DNA from: a virus
Virus record (IMG/VR): IMGVR_UViG_3300020473_000017
Reading direction: 5' to 3' (one strand)
DNA: 64,000 nt
Positions 1 through 13,000 of this stretch are shown piece after piece. The translations under genes were made by a program, and so were the position numbers. The stretch's first letter is position 1. Each line of letters starts with the position of its first letter. The notes below the pieces were generated by a model, which was not told where the DNA came from, searched no databases, and worked only from the letters and a program-made list of their open reading frames with translations.

Positions 1-2540
1 TGTAGGTTGGGTACCATCTCATTGAGAGTAGCAGATGAATTGTTAGATTCATATATTGCTTTAATCTTGAATACATCACTACAACCTAAAGATATCCTAG
101 CATCATCTACTCTGTATCCATATCCATCATTCTCAGCATTCTCTTGAGTTAATCCATTAACACCTGCAACTACACTCTTATTGAGTTTGAGGATCTTCAT
201 CCTTTCAGTAGTTTTTGCTTTTGCAGATCTATTAGATGCATAGACTGTAGCAATTACATCAATAGTTTGTCCATTAGTAAGACCAGTTACTGTGACAGTC
301 TGTACGTTAGCTGACGAACCACTAAATCCAGGTGCTTGGAATATATCACCTTCATTAGTACCACCAGTAACAGACATAATGAAGTCATCATTATCTGCAG
401 CATTCTTGAATACAAGTCCAGCACCAGCATCAAATGAATGGGTTGTTCCTGATACTGAACCACTAATAGTTTTTCTAAAGTATCCAGCTGGATTAACGGT
501 ATTATCCTTATTAGTATTCTTTACTGCATCAAACCCAAGCGGAGTAATAAGCTTATTCTTTTGTGCTTCCTTAATCTCAGCACGAGATCTAATTATAGAA
601 CTAGTAATAGATCCTGTAGCCATTGCAGCTGCACCAGAACCACCAGCCTTAATAACATCCATTACATAGGCATCAGTAATACCAGTAACTTTAACCTTCT
701 GTGCAACACTGTTGTTGGAGAATTCAATGATGTCTCCTACTTTTAGTTGACTTTGGAAATTAGAAAGCTGTGCTGTAATTGTAGCAGTCTGTGTAGCACC
801 ACTACTTCCAAGGTTTGAAATAATAGCAGCAGATCCAGGAAGTGCAACTCTTACATCTAATCGTGCATCAGCACAACCATTAGTACCATACTTATAAGAT
901 TTTACATCACGAAAATCGTAAACTGTAGCAGCAGAAGCACTATTAGCTAATTGTCCTAGTTGAGTTCCACTATTTGCTTTGTTTAGGTCTAAATACTCAT
1001 TCTGAGTAAAAGTACCTGTTACATCAATAAGATTTCCAAAATTAGATGCAGAACCGCCATTAGCATCAACTGCTACGTATCCAGTAGCACCTGAAGTTCT
1101 ACCTACAACAAAATCACCTATATGCCAGTTTGCATTAGATTGAGTTTCTAATTTAGTATAGAATTTTGTATCTAATATATTAACTCTATAAACTGTAGTA
1201 GCAGTATTAACAGTACCTGATTCATAAGCAGAATTAAGTACTCTAGTTCTACCAATAGGATTACCAGCAGGAGAACCTGGCGTAGTTATTATTTCATCTC
1301 TAAGTTCAATATCTTCATATATTGTAGGTAATTCAGAAGTATTAGTGAAGAAAACATAGTTACCAACATCAGTTGTAATAGACTGATTATCAGAACCTGT
1401 AAAAGTTCTTGGCTTATCAACATCCTTATATGTTGTAGATAATCTTTCTGTTCTATATCCAGAGACATATGCAGAACCTGAAGATAATTGAACAGCAATA
1501 TTAGCTTCATCTGCTGTATTGCCATCTGCAGTAGTTACACCTGCTGCATATACACCATTATTAAAACCATCATCAAGATTCTCTCTTGCATCTATAGTAA
1601 ATTTCTTAACATAATAGTCACCAGATTCTTCTTTAGTTCTAGTTGCAAGAACCTCATTAATGAATCCAAGGTCACTTCTTTCTACTTTCTTTTGAATCTT
1701 ACCAGTATTAGTTCTTAAAAGTTCAATAAAGTCAGCAGAGTTAGGATCTGTAGTTGCTTTTTTAACTAATGTAAGATTAATTTTAAATCTATCTGCACCT
1801 GGAGCAGAGAAGTTTGTACTACCAATTGCATTATCATATAGAGATGCATCTTCATCAGCAGTTATGATCTTCTCTTCTACTTTTAAACCAACTTTATATG
1901 ATGGATTAGTACCATATTGGTCTAAAATTAGAGTCTGTTCATTTACAGGAACAAAATATCCTCTAACGTAATAAACACCAGCACCAACATTAGCAGTAGA
2001 ACCCTTAGAGTTAGAATTAGAATTTAAAAGCTGTGCAAGAGGAGTTCCAGCAGCAATAGTTGTAGAAAGATATGTTATATCTGTCTCACAAGTAAGTGTT
2101 TCACCGTCGGTGAAGGTTGTTGTAATATTATCGTTTGCTTTTTGTAGATAATTTATATAAAATGTTATCTGATTCTTGGTTGATGTAGAGGAACTAATAG
2201 AAAATAGGACACGACCACGAACACCAGAGGTAGATCCTTTAATTACTAATCCATCAAGAGCAGTTCTGTATAATTCTACATCTAAATTCAAATAAGAATT
2301 ATTGATTATAACACATGCAACATCATTGTTCAGAGTAATACCACCAGGAATTACTTGAGCACCTTCTTTATATACACCCTGACCGAAAGTATCGATCTGG
2401 TTTTGCATTAAACTCTGGAGAGTTGTTAGCTCCCTTGCCTGTACAGGATATCCAGGTTTAAATAGGACTTTTAAAAAGCCCTTACTCGAATCAAAGTCGT
2501 CGTAGTAAGGAGCAATATTCAGGTTCGTGTTCTGTGCCAT
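1..2540 (-). CDS. Large VrlC-like (DUF4815-type) virion structural protein; 3' end lies beyond the left window edge
   Basis: Not in ORF track. ATG at 2540 gives MAQNTNLNIAPYYDDFDSSKGFLKVLFKPGYPVQARELTTLQSLMQNQI, the N-terminus typical of the gene following gp8 in cyanomyoviruses. Confidence 0.85.
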   Translation of the reverse strand, partial: MAQNTNLNIAPYYDDFDSSKGFLKVLFKPGYPVQARELTTLQSLMQNQIDTFGQGVYKEGAQVIPGGITLNNDVACVIINNSYLNLDVELYRTALDGLVIKGSTSGVRGRVLFSISSSTSTKNQITFYINYLQKANDNITTTFTDGETLTCETDITYLSTTIAAGTPLAQLLNSNSNSKGSTANVGAGVYYVRGYFVPVNEQTLILDQYGTNPSYKVGLKVEEKIITADEDASLYDNAIGSTNFSAPGADRFKINLTLVKKATTDPNSADFIELLRTNTGKIQKKVERSDLGFINEVLATRTKEESGDYYVKKFTIDARENLDDGFNNGVYAAGVTTADGNTADEANIAVQLSSGSAYVSGYRTERLSTTYKDVDKPRTFTGSDNQSITTDVGNYVFFTNTSELPTIYEDIELRDEIITTPGSPAGNPIGRTRVLNSAYESGTVNTATTVYRVNILDTKFYTKLETQSNANWHIGDFVVGRTSGATGYVAVDANGGSASNFGNLIDVTGTFTQNEYLDLNKANSGTQLGQLANSASAATVYDFRDVKSYKYGTNGCADARLDVRVALPGSAAIISNLGSSGATQTATITAQLSNFQSQLKVGDIIEFSNNSVAQKVKVTGITDAYVMDVIKAGGSGAAAMATGSITSSIIRSRAEIKEAQKNKLITPLGFDAVKNTNKDNTVNPAGYFRKTISGSVSGTTHSFDAGAGLVFKNAADNDDFIMSVTGGTNEGDIFQAPGFSGSSANVQTVTVTGLTNGQTIDVIATVYASNRSAKAKTTERMKILKLNKSVVAGVNGLTQENAENDGYGYRVDDARISLGCSDVFKIKAIYESNNSSATLNEMVPNL

Positions 2541-4055
2541 TTAGAATTCTATGACTACTTTGATTTCTTCATTTTGATCAGCCGATCTAGTGATCGGATT
2601 TCTATTGTCTATGTAGAGCATTTCTCCAGATCCAAGTTCAATTTCTTGGTTGGCATAACCAGTTACAAATGATAATCCCAACTCATATACAGATACACCA
2701 ATAGTAATCTGAGTAACAGGAACAGAAGATGTTCCTATAGTTGCGTCAGGAGTTGCTGTATAAGCATTTTGCGAAGATGTAATCTGATTTGCGCCAGAGA
2801 ATGCAATAACGTTTCCATTGACAGTACCATCAACTGAGTTTTGATAATACTTCAATACTTTAGTTGTAGAATCATATGAAACTACAAATCCTTTAGCATT
2901 CGTAGATGCTTGTGTAATACTCTCGCCAGGAGCAAAGTTTCCACTAGGAGTACCTGTACCAGCCTGAGGGAAGATCATTGCTTTAACAGCAGATCTTGTA
3001 TTCTGACTACAAATTGTTGAAGTATTGTAATCATATGGATTTAAAACAAGTCCAACTCGTCTATAAGTCAAATCATTAGGAAAATCAACAAATGCGCTAC
3101 TAGTTTCTAATTTACTAGTAAACATAAGGCGATATGCACCTAATTCCCTAACAACATTATTTCCATGTCCACCAGAAGGAGGAATAACAACATCAAGAGA
3201 TGCTCCAGTACCACTTCCAACATTAGGAATTAAAGCAACATCAATTGTTCCAAAAGTATATCCAGAACCAGCAGTAGTGATAGTAACAGATTCAACTGAA
3301 CCAGAAGTTATCTTCACAGTACATTTTGCTTCATTTCCACCATTAATAGACCAATCACCACGAATAGGAACATCGGTATATTCTTTATTGTTATAACCAG
3401 TTCCAGCATTCTCAACAACTACACTATCAATAGCACCTGCACCAGCAGCGGATTGTACTAATGTATTTGTTAATACTGGAATAAATTCAGAAGTAACAAA
3501 CTTCAGAATATTATCAGCGTCAATGGTGTACATATACTTCCAACGATAGGAGTATACACCAGGGCTATCACCAGTTTCTATGATAGTAGTTGATGTACCA
3601 GTTGGTTCTACCAATGAGGGTCTTCCTCTAGGGTAAACTGGATCCTGACCATTATACAAACACTTGTACACATTAAAGTCAGAGTTCATTACATAAAAAT
3701 TACTGTCATAGAGCCTAGTAGCTCCATTGGCAGTAGTCTTAGTTGGTGCGTAGTCAGGCTTATACATTGAGTATGTACGTCCTACTCCACCTGTTGTCTG
3801 AGTTGGATCAACCCAATCTACTCTTGGTACTACTAAAGCAGTATCCGAGATATCTACACGCTTAAAGGCAACAGAATCAGCATATGATTCTGTTTGGTAC
3901 TCAAAACTGTCGATAGGTTCACCTGCAGGTGGTACATCTGTACTACCCCAAGTCTTCGCCCTACCGACGAACATAAACACCTTATTCTGGGTTAACAAAG
4001 TATCCCTGAAGCTTTCTGCGGCGTAAATTCTAAATTTGTCAGTAACTAATGCCAT
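2541..4055 (-). CDS. gp8: Baseplate wedge subunit gp8
   Basis: FYVMNSDFNVYKCLYN, YRWKYMY and C-terminal GEMLYIDNRNPITRSADQNEEIKVVIEF; synteny gp6-gp7-gp8. Confidence 0.92.
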   Translation of the reverse strand: MALVTDKFRIYAAESFRDTLLTQNKVFMFVGRAKTWGSTDVPPAGEPIDSFEYQTESYADSVAFKRVDISDTALVVPRVDWVDPTQTTGGVGRTYSMYKPDYAPTKTTANGATRLYDSNFYVMNSDFNVYKCLYNGQDPVYPRGRPSLVEPTGTSTTIIETGDSPGVYSYRWKYMYTIDADNILKFVTSEFIPVLTNTLVQSAAGAGAIDSVVVENAGTGYNNKEYTDVPIRGDWSINGGNEAKCTVKITSGSVESVTITTAGSGYTFGTIDVALIPNVGSGTGASLDVVIPPSGGHGNNVVRELGAYRLMFTSKLETSSAFVDFPNDLTYRRVGLVLNPYDYNTSTICSQNTRSAVKAMIFPQAGTGTPSGNFAPGESITQASTNAKGFVVSYDSTTKVLKYYQNSVDGTVNGNVIAFSGANQITSSQNAYTATPDATIGTSSVPVTQITIGVSVYELGLSFVTGYANQEIELGSGEMLYIDNRNPITRSADQNEEIKVVIEF

Positions 4056-4075
4056 GCCTTATAAGCTTTTGTTGT

Positions 4076-4083
4076 TATTTATA
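4076..4083 (-). promoter_or_regulatory. T4-type late promoter TATAAATA
   Basis: TATTTATA on + strand, 20 nt upstream of the gp8 start. Confidence 0.75.
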
Positions 4084-7000
4084 ATGATCTCAGACGAACT
4101 TCTGGAAGAAGTGAGACGTTTCCGCTTGTGGTGCGCGAGAATGGATATTCAACTGTAAATGTATCTACAGCTGTGACAGTAACTTTATATGCTCCGTCAA
4201 ATCCATCGCCTGAAGTATGATCTAGATATATGCTCATACCTGTTGTCAGGTTATGAGCTGCAGAAGTAGTAATTGTAGATACAGTTCCTGAAGAACTATA
4301 TGTTCCTGTCTGAATGGATATTGCGAAAGCTGTAGTTCCACCGTATCCTCTACCACCTGTTGCAACTGTAAGAGTGTTAGCAGACGTGTTCTTAGAACCA
4401 TATAGAATCCTTTCACATGTCCATCCTATTACATTACCAGAACTATCTGTTGCAGGATTATAATAAGGAATTAGGACTTCTCCCTCATCAGGGAAACCTA
4501 TATTCTGACTAACATCAAAGTATATATTCTTACAAGTTAAAGTTGTATCTACAGCAGAAATACTAGAAGCCAAATATGTATTTGCTAATGCAAGAGTATT
4601 AGAGATAATTCTATCTCTTGACTTCCTCTCTATATGTACAGGATGTACAGCAAATACAGTTGGTGGTGTTAAGTATCCAGCACCACCATTTAGATTAACA
4701 ATAGAGGTTACCGTACCACTTCCAGATTGAACAACTGTCTCTGCAGAAGCACCTGTTCCACTACCACCTTGGAAATAAAGAATTGGTGGAACTTCATAAT
4801 TACTACCTCCATCTAATATACTAACTGTATCAACCTTTCCATTATTAATTGTACATTCAAAATTAGCAACGGTTGGTCGTAATCCAGTATATTCATAAGT
4901 GTCTACAGAAGTTGCACTTGATACTGTTGCTAATAGACGATCTTCACCTTCACTCTTAACCATGACTCTATCGTTAGGATCAAGAGAATTGAAAGTATTA
5001 GAAATGAATATATCTTCTGCAGATCCAACATAAATGTAAAGACTACATGTAGATCCTGCTCTTGGAGCTTCAAAGAATTCAATAATTGATCCGTTTAATT
5101 GATATGCAACTCCAGGTTCCTGGAATACACCATTAAGGAAGATCATTACGTTATTAGCTGGTTCAACAGAACTGTTATCACTCTGTAAGGAGAATGGTTC
5201 ACTATTCAACGTCATAACAAAAGTCTTTCTAGCATTATCAAAGAAAGGAGCTATGGTATCAAGTAATTGTAATTTACCAAAGTAGAATCCATAGAAGTCC
5301 ATACCACTGGTAGGTGCTTCAGTAAAGGATATTGTACTTCCTGTATATGTGTATGCTTCTGTGCTACCTTTAATCTGAAGAATACTATTCAAGAATATTA
5401 AGAAGTTATCAGATGCAGGTAATGCATAATTACTACCAGCAACTTTAGCACTGAATATCTTATCAGTTCCATCAAATGCCACAGTACCAACTTCAACTTG
5501 GAATTCTGGGTTTGATGAAGATGTTCTGGTGATTCCAGTTAGATTACCTGCTCCACCAGAAGTGGTTCCAACTGCTTGAGTAACAATTGCAGTTAAAGTA
5601 GTAATTGCAGATGCAACATCAGTACAATCATTAGTATCATAAGTTGCATTACCACTATCATTAGTAATAGTTAAATCTTTATACTGTGCTCCTTCTGTGT
5701 AATGGTTTGTTGTAACTGAGATGTTACGCATTACCTCGCGAGCAATATCTCTAGCATGATTGAATACTAATACAGTCTGATCTTCTTCACCTTGTAAGTG
5801 AACTGTACCAACATAGTATTTCGCTGCATCGTAAGTAGCATCATTACCACCAAACTCAATATTATTAGCAACAGCCTCAGTAATTAACTTAGTATCACGA
5901 ATACACTTAACAAAACTAGGAACAACGAATGTGCTATTAGTAGCCATCATTCTTCCATAAGCAGTTGTTGCAATAAAGTCTAAGTTTTCACGTATCAATC
6001 TACCAGCATCAGCAAGTTTGTCATATTCATATCCACCAGATTGTACAAGAGACCTTGTGACACTATTTGCACTGGCACTTACGAACTGATGTGCAAAACC
6101 AGTCTTAACAGACCCAGGTGTTGCATTAACAAACGTATGTGTATGATCACCACCAGACTTAATAGCATTAGTAGTTGCTTGAATGAAGGTATGAGTATAA
6201 TTACCTCCTGCTATGACGGCTGTAGCACCTGCTGATACAAAACTATGAGCATACTGATGAGTAATAGCAGAATCTCTATTGTTAGTATTAATCGTGATAA
6301 CGCCAGTTTGCTTCTTGACGGTAGCGCGAGTAATAGAGTTACTAACTGCGGAGATAAACGTATGAGCTGTCGTATTAGTTGACGGTACACTGTTTAGAAC
6401 CTGTATATCGAAAGTGTTGGTTGTGACATTGTATATCTTAACCCATTGACCGCTAATTGGATCTGTAGAACGAGGATAGTTATGGAATGAAGTATGGAAG
6501 TCCTCATTACATGTAAATCTAAAGGTATCATCATCAATCTTAATTTCATCACCAGCAATGAATCCATGATTATTAATAGTTATAGTGAATACACCTGTAA
6601 GAGGATCATAAGCAGCAACAGTAGGTGTTAACTTACCTTCGGGTACAAATGTATGAGCGTGCTGTCCATTAGGTCCAGCAACACCAACATTGATATCAAA
6701 CGTATCAGTTGTAACATTTGATACAAGCATCCATTCATCATAATTAGGATCTTCTAAAGTTGGATAACTCTTAACTGTTGCATTACTATCCTTATTACAT
6801 GTGAACTTCAATGCACCTTGATTGACCTTAATATAATCACCATTAGAGAAACCATGTCCAGCAACTGTTGATGTTAGTACACCTGTACTAGGTACATATA
6901 CTGCAGCAGTTACAGCATGAGATGTATATCCAACACTCTTAATAGGAATTGGTCTATCATATGCCCAATCCTTTTTCTTCTTCAATCCATTACTAACAGC

Positions 7001-10000
7001 ACTATCAAAGGTATGTACTGTTACGTTAGTAGAAGGAATAGAATCTAATACCTGAACCTTAAAGGTTGTATCATCAGCATCCCAAATAGTTAACCATCTA
7101 CCACTAGCAGGATCAGTTGCTCTAGGATAAGCATGTGTGCCTCCACCTTGCGTACAAGTGAATACAATAGCACTATCATCAAATTTAACTTGATCACCGT
7201 TCACAAAGGCAGCTGCACCCCCTCCATGAGTAACAGTCATAATACCTGTAGCAGGATCATAATCTGCATCTGTTGGGGTATATGAAATAGTATCAGTTCT
7301 AGGATAAGACTGGTTGCTAACACCACCATTATCACAACTCATTACAATACCACCATCTGCTAATTTGATGGTATCTCCTTTTCTTTGAACACAATTATCT
7401 GAAGCAGAAACAAATGTGTGTGCTTGACCTGTTGCTCCAGTTGCAACATAGAAATTCAATTGTATTGTATCATTTGTTACAGCAAGTACTTGTAACCATG
7501 ATCTATAGGCAGGATCCGTTACTCTTGGATAACTATGATTTCCAGCACCAGCAGTACATGTGAATGTTAATGATTCTTTAGCGATTTGAACATAATCACC
7601 TTTATTGATAGTATGACCTTTAATTGTTAATGTTGCTACACCTGTAGCAGGATCATAAGCAATATCAGTAGGAGTGAATGTATCATATCCACGGAACTTA
7701 TGCCCACCAACAGTTAGATCAAGATCTCCATTAGCAAGGTTAAGAGCAGCACCTGTTGGTTGATAATTTACAATAGGTGATGTTCCAACATTAACTGTGA
7801 TTGTTGTTCCAGTTGTAGCAGTGATATATTGATTAGTCTTAGCAGCTGGATCTGTTACTCTTGGATAGTTGTGTAAAGTAGCACCCAAACTAGTTAGATT
7901 TCCACTAGCAAGAGTACCATCATTCTCCATATCACATCTAAACATCAATGAGTTAACATCAATGTTAATGCTATTTCCAACCTCAAGACTATGAGATCCA
8001 ATAGTTAATTGAAGATCTCCAGTTGTTGCAGTATAGGTAGCTGCCGTTGGAGTAAATGCAACTTCAGGTGATGCACCAACATCAACGGTAAATGTGTCTG
8101 AAGTAACAGACTCGACTCCAATTACTGCCTTGGAAGATCTATCACCTGCAGCTGGATATGAATGTCTGGAGAAGTCATCATCCATTGAGCATGTGAATGT
8201 CAATGCGTCATCATCAATACTAACAAAGCTAGTTGCATAAAGAATGCCATCTGCCAATCCAGAAACGAATGTATGAGTAGTGGTATTAGTACAAGGAGTA
8301 TCATCCAAACATTGAATATCAAATGTATCTGGATTTACTGCTCTGATTGTAATCCACTTACCGCTAATTGGATCTGTTGAACGTGGATAAGCAGTCTGTC
8401 CACCACTACCATGAGTACAACTAAAGGTTATAGCACCATCCTTAAGTTTTACTTTATCTCCTGCTTTAAATCCATGATTATTTACTTCTATTGTAACAAT
8501 ACCAGTGGTTGTATTGAATGATGCACCAGTTGCAGTATGAGATGTAGCAGCAGTCAATCCATGGTTCTCAACACTCATTGACAAAGCACCTGTAGATGCA
8601 TTGAATGTAGCTGAGGTCGGTGTCATTGCCTTCTCTACTGCCTGTCCAATATTAACTTTGAAATTATTTGTAGATACTTCAAATACATTGAGCCAGTTAC
8701 CTGCAGCAGGATCAGTAGATCTTGGATATGTGTGATTTGTAGCATATCCATCACGAGAGCACTTAAAGGTTAAACCATCAGCAGCAAACTGAACAAAATC
8801 ACCATTAGAAAGACCATGAGCAGTAGCCCAGACTTCCATTATACCAGTAGTAGCATCATAATCACAGTATGATGGTTGATACTGATAAGTTGCTAGTGAA
8901 TCAAATGTATGTGTAGTAGTATTTGTAGCAGCAGTACCATTTAATGCATTAACAGTAAACGTAGTAGAAGATATAGCATCAACTGGGACATTCTTACCAG
9001 AAATAGGATCTGAAGAACGAGGATATGAATGAACACCGCCACCCTGCGTACAAGTGAAGTTCAATGAGTTATTTGAGAACTTAACTGTAGATGTGGCAAT
9101 GCTTAAACCAGAAGCAACAGCAGATACGAATGAATGAGCATCAGTGTTTGTAGAAGGAATTGTATCCAGTACAGTTACATCAAATGTGTTAGTTGTTATG
9201 TTTGATACTTCTAACCATCTATCACTAGCATAGTCAGTATTACGTGGATAATCCTTTTGTGCAGCAGTACCAGAAGCACCACCAAACGCACAACTTAATT
9301 TAAGTGAACCATCAGCAAATTTAACCTGATCACCTGCCTTCAATCCATGTGCCACTACAGTAACTGTCATAATACCTGTAGTTGGATTATAATCAGCATC
9401 AGTTACAGTTGTAGTTGTAGGAGCAGTTAAAGTATGCTCTCCAACAGTTAATTCTAGTACACCTGTACTAGGAGTGTATGATGCGGTACTAGGTACATAT
9501 GAATTAGTTAATGGTTTTCCAATTGGACTGATTCCTAAGATATCGTTGTCTGTATATCCGTTACCTGGGTTGTTTAATACTACATTCTTAACACCACCAT
9601 CAACAACAACTATATCACCAGTAGCACCAACACCTGTTCCAATCTTATTGAATAATGGAATATTTGCATATGTTCCATCTGCATATCCTGTACCAGCAGT
9701 TAACCCATCAGAAGTGTCTCTAACAGGACTTAAATTAGTATTAACCTGTACAGTAATGGTAGTAGCAGTTTCTGCTGTAATTGCCAAGGTAGCACCAAAT
9801 GCTTCATCAGATGGTCTTGGATAAGCATGTGTACTAGCGTGATTATCAGCAGCACAAGTAAACTTAAGAGAACTATCAGCAATCTGAATAGTATCACTAG
9901 TCGTATAACTATGAGATCCAATAGTTAATTCTAAGAGACCTGTAGCAGGAGTGTATGTAGCATTTGTTACATTCTTCTGTGTGTTACTATCACTTACCAC

Positions 10001-13000
10001 AGTTACAGCATTGGTTGCTGTACCACCAACATAGGTATGAGCAGCACTACCAGACATACCAGTATCTAAAGTCTTAAGTTCATCACCAATCTGATCTAAT
10101 TGGAAGCTAGAAGTATATGATGCACGATCATAGTACATTACCAAAGCACTAGAACCTACTTTAGGTGCAGTAGAGAATGTTATAACATCACTAGCAAAGG
10201 TATAGTTATTTGGATTCTGAACAATACCATCAATTATAACTAAGAACTGTGATTTAACTGAGGTCTTAGAAATCTTAGTAGTAATTAATGTATTATCAAC
10301 TCTTGTTGTGAACTGAGTATTAACCCCATCAATACCTACTGTAAATTTATTAATAGCAGCAGTAGATCCAACATTAACAGTAAATGTATCATTAGTAGTT
10401 GCTGTAATATCTAATATCTTTCCACCATGTCCTATTGGATCTGTTGATCTTGGATATGTGTGGTTAGTTGCATTGTTATCCATTAGACAAGTTAATGTCA
10501 ATGCATCATCAGCAATAGAGATCTTATTATTAGTATTCAACCCATGTCCAGCACTATGAATCACTAAATTACCATCTGCAGGAGTATATACAACATTTGT
10601 TGGGTTAAAGAAACTTCCGTTATTTGCTACAATACCATCTGTATTACAAGAAACAAATGTATGTGTACCTACGCTAAGTGAGGATAGTACAACTGTACTA
10701 CCTCCAAGAGAAGATTTCAAAGATATTGTATTAGCATCAATAACATCAACGTAATATACGGTTCCTGTTGTTAATCCACCAATATCACCTCTAAAGGTAA
10801 CAGTTTGATTCTCAACCAATCCATGATTAGTTAATGTAATTCTATTATTACTTAAGTCAACTACACTAGAAGATGCTCCATCAAAGCTAATATCTCTAGA
10901 TGTAATATCATCAACCTTATATGAGACACAAGTTAAGATTTTCTGAATATCTAACAACTGTCTACCGAATATTTGAACCTCTGTGGGAACAGCTGCTGTA
11001 TAATCTGGTTTACCTAGAGCAAAGTTATTAATGGTTGCCAACTTACCAGTATTCTTAGCAGATGGTTTTGGTGTTACATATGTAAGACCATTAAAGGTTG
11101 CACTAATACTATTACTACCAGGAACCCACCAATCTGTTGAACTAGTGGTAAGTAAATCAAGAGTAGGTTTACCTCTATAAGATTTCTTAGATGCTTGTGA
11201 TAATATTTGTGTACCAACAACTTTAAATCCTGCAGGGTGAGCAGCAAATTTAAGTGGATTCTTCCAATCTCTAATATTAATAGGTGAAGATATCTCATAT
11301 GAGAATTCTTGGAACCTATTACTATCATATAATCTCTGTTCGTTAATATCTAAGAAACCAGTAGTACGTTCCCATTGAGAAGAAGATATACTAATTGGAG
11401 AAACTTCAAATACAGCATCTGCTCTATCAAATGCATGAATCGAACCAAATGATGAAGATTCTTCACCAAATATAGGTTCACCAACTTTAAACTCACCTTC
11501 ACTAATTTCTACACTAACAACACGTCCTGCTGGATCCCAATTCTTAACATATCCAAATGCAGTATATGATGCTGTAGATGCACCCTGATAAACTCTTTCT
11601 CCAACTAAGAAAGTTGCAGGTCTCATATATGCAGTAATAACATCACCAAGATCAGTAGTATCTAATGTGAAGGTTGTTAATCCATTAGCATCTCCAACTG
11701 GAGCAGAAGTAAATGTAATTGTTGTTGGAGTATTAGCAATTGCATTTGCCTCAGATGTTGCTAATTTAACTTGATTATTTGCCAATCCATTTGAACCATT
11801 AGCAGCAACAACATAATATGTTGTATTAATTGCCAATGGAGCTGGGAAAGTACCAACTACCTCATTTAAGGTTACTGCAGTACCTGTTGGCATCTTTGTA
11901 TTATATGGGAAGTTTAAAGTACTATTAGACATTAATGCAACCCAATTATGAGTTACTCTTGCATTTACGACTGGAGCAGATAAGAATCCTCTACCTCCAT
12001 TCCTAACCTCTACCGATTGTATAACTTCATTCTCAACAATCGCTTCTAATTGATAAAGTGACCCACTTCCACCAGTAAGAACAATTGTTGGTTGTGATAC
12101 AAAATTCTGACCGCCATTAGTAACATCAAGGTAATCAATAACTTGAGTTCTTGTTAATTGAAGATTATAGGTTGTATTTAACTCTGGTTTTAGAGTTCTA
12201 TCATGACTATAGTTAAATGTAATATTATCTCCACCAATCTTTAATATCTTACCTAAATCAGAAGATTTAAGTAATAAAGAAGCACCTTTTCCTGTTTTCT
12301 GTGTAATATTAACTACAGGAGCATTCTGATATAATGTTCCTCCATCTTCAATATTAATAGAAGAAACACCTTCATTTACAATACTTGAATTAAACTTAGC
12401 GTTGATTCCACTACCACCACTAACATCTACATTAGGTGCTGATAGATAACCAGATCCAGTGTTAGTTACTGTAATAGCATCAATAGATGCATTTAACACA
12501 CAATTGGTAATTGCTGGATCAAGATGTGTCAGTTTATCAACTGTCACAGTAGCATCATGAGTAACATCAGTACCACCCATTGATGCACCAGAAATTGTAA
12601 TAACATCACCTAGTGCATATGTACTACCACCATCAGTAACAGTAATACTTTCAATAGTTCCTGCACCATTAACAATTACTGTAAACTCAACATTAGTTCC
12701 TCCAGTAGGAGCAACACTCTTTTGAGCAACACCAGTATATGTTCCAGTTGTATAATTGGTACTAGACTGTGTAGTAATTGATACAGTGTTTACTAGTCCA
12801 TATGTGGGATCATCAAGATCAATAGTAGGAGCAGCTCTGTAATTAGATCCTGCTGCAATAATACTAACAGATTCTAATTTACCAACATTTGGACCTGAGC
12901 TGGGAATAACGGCCTGGACGTTAGCATGTATTCCACCTACAGTTGTAACCTTAGCTTCAGCATCAGAACTATAAACCTTACCTCTAGCATTGTTAGATGC

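Noticed and set aside
292-1718. Short ORF-track calls 292..669, 561..746, 1289..1525 and 1488..1718
   Set aside because: Shadow or out-of-frame ORFs inside the long minus-strand gene starting at 2540
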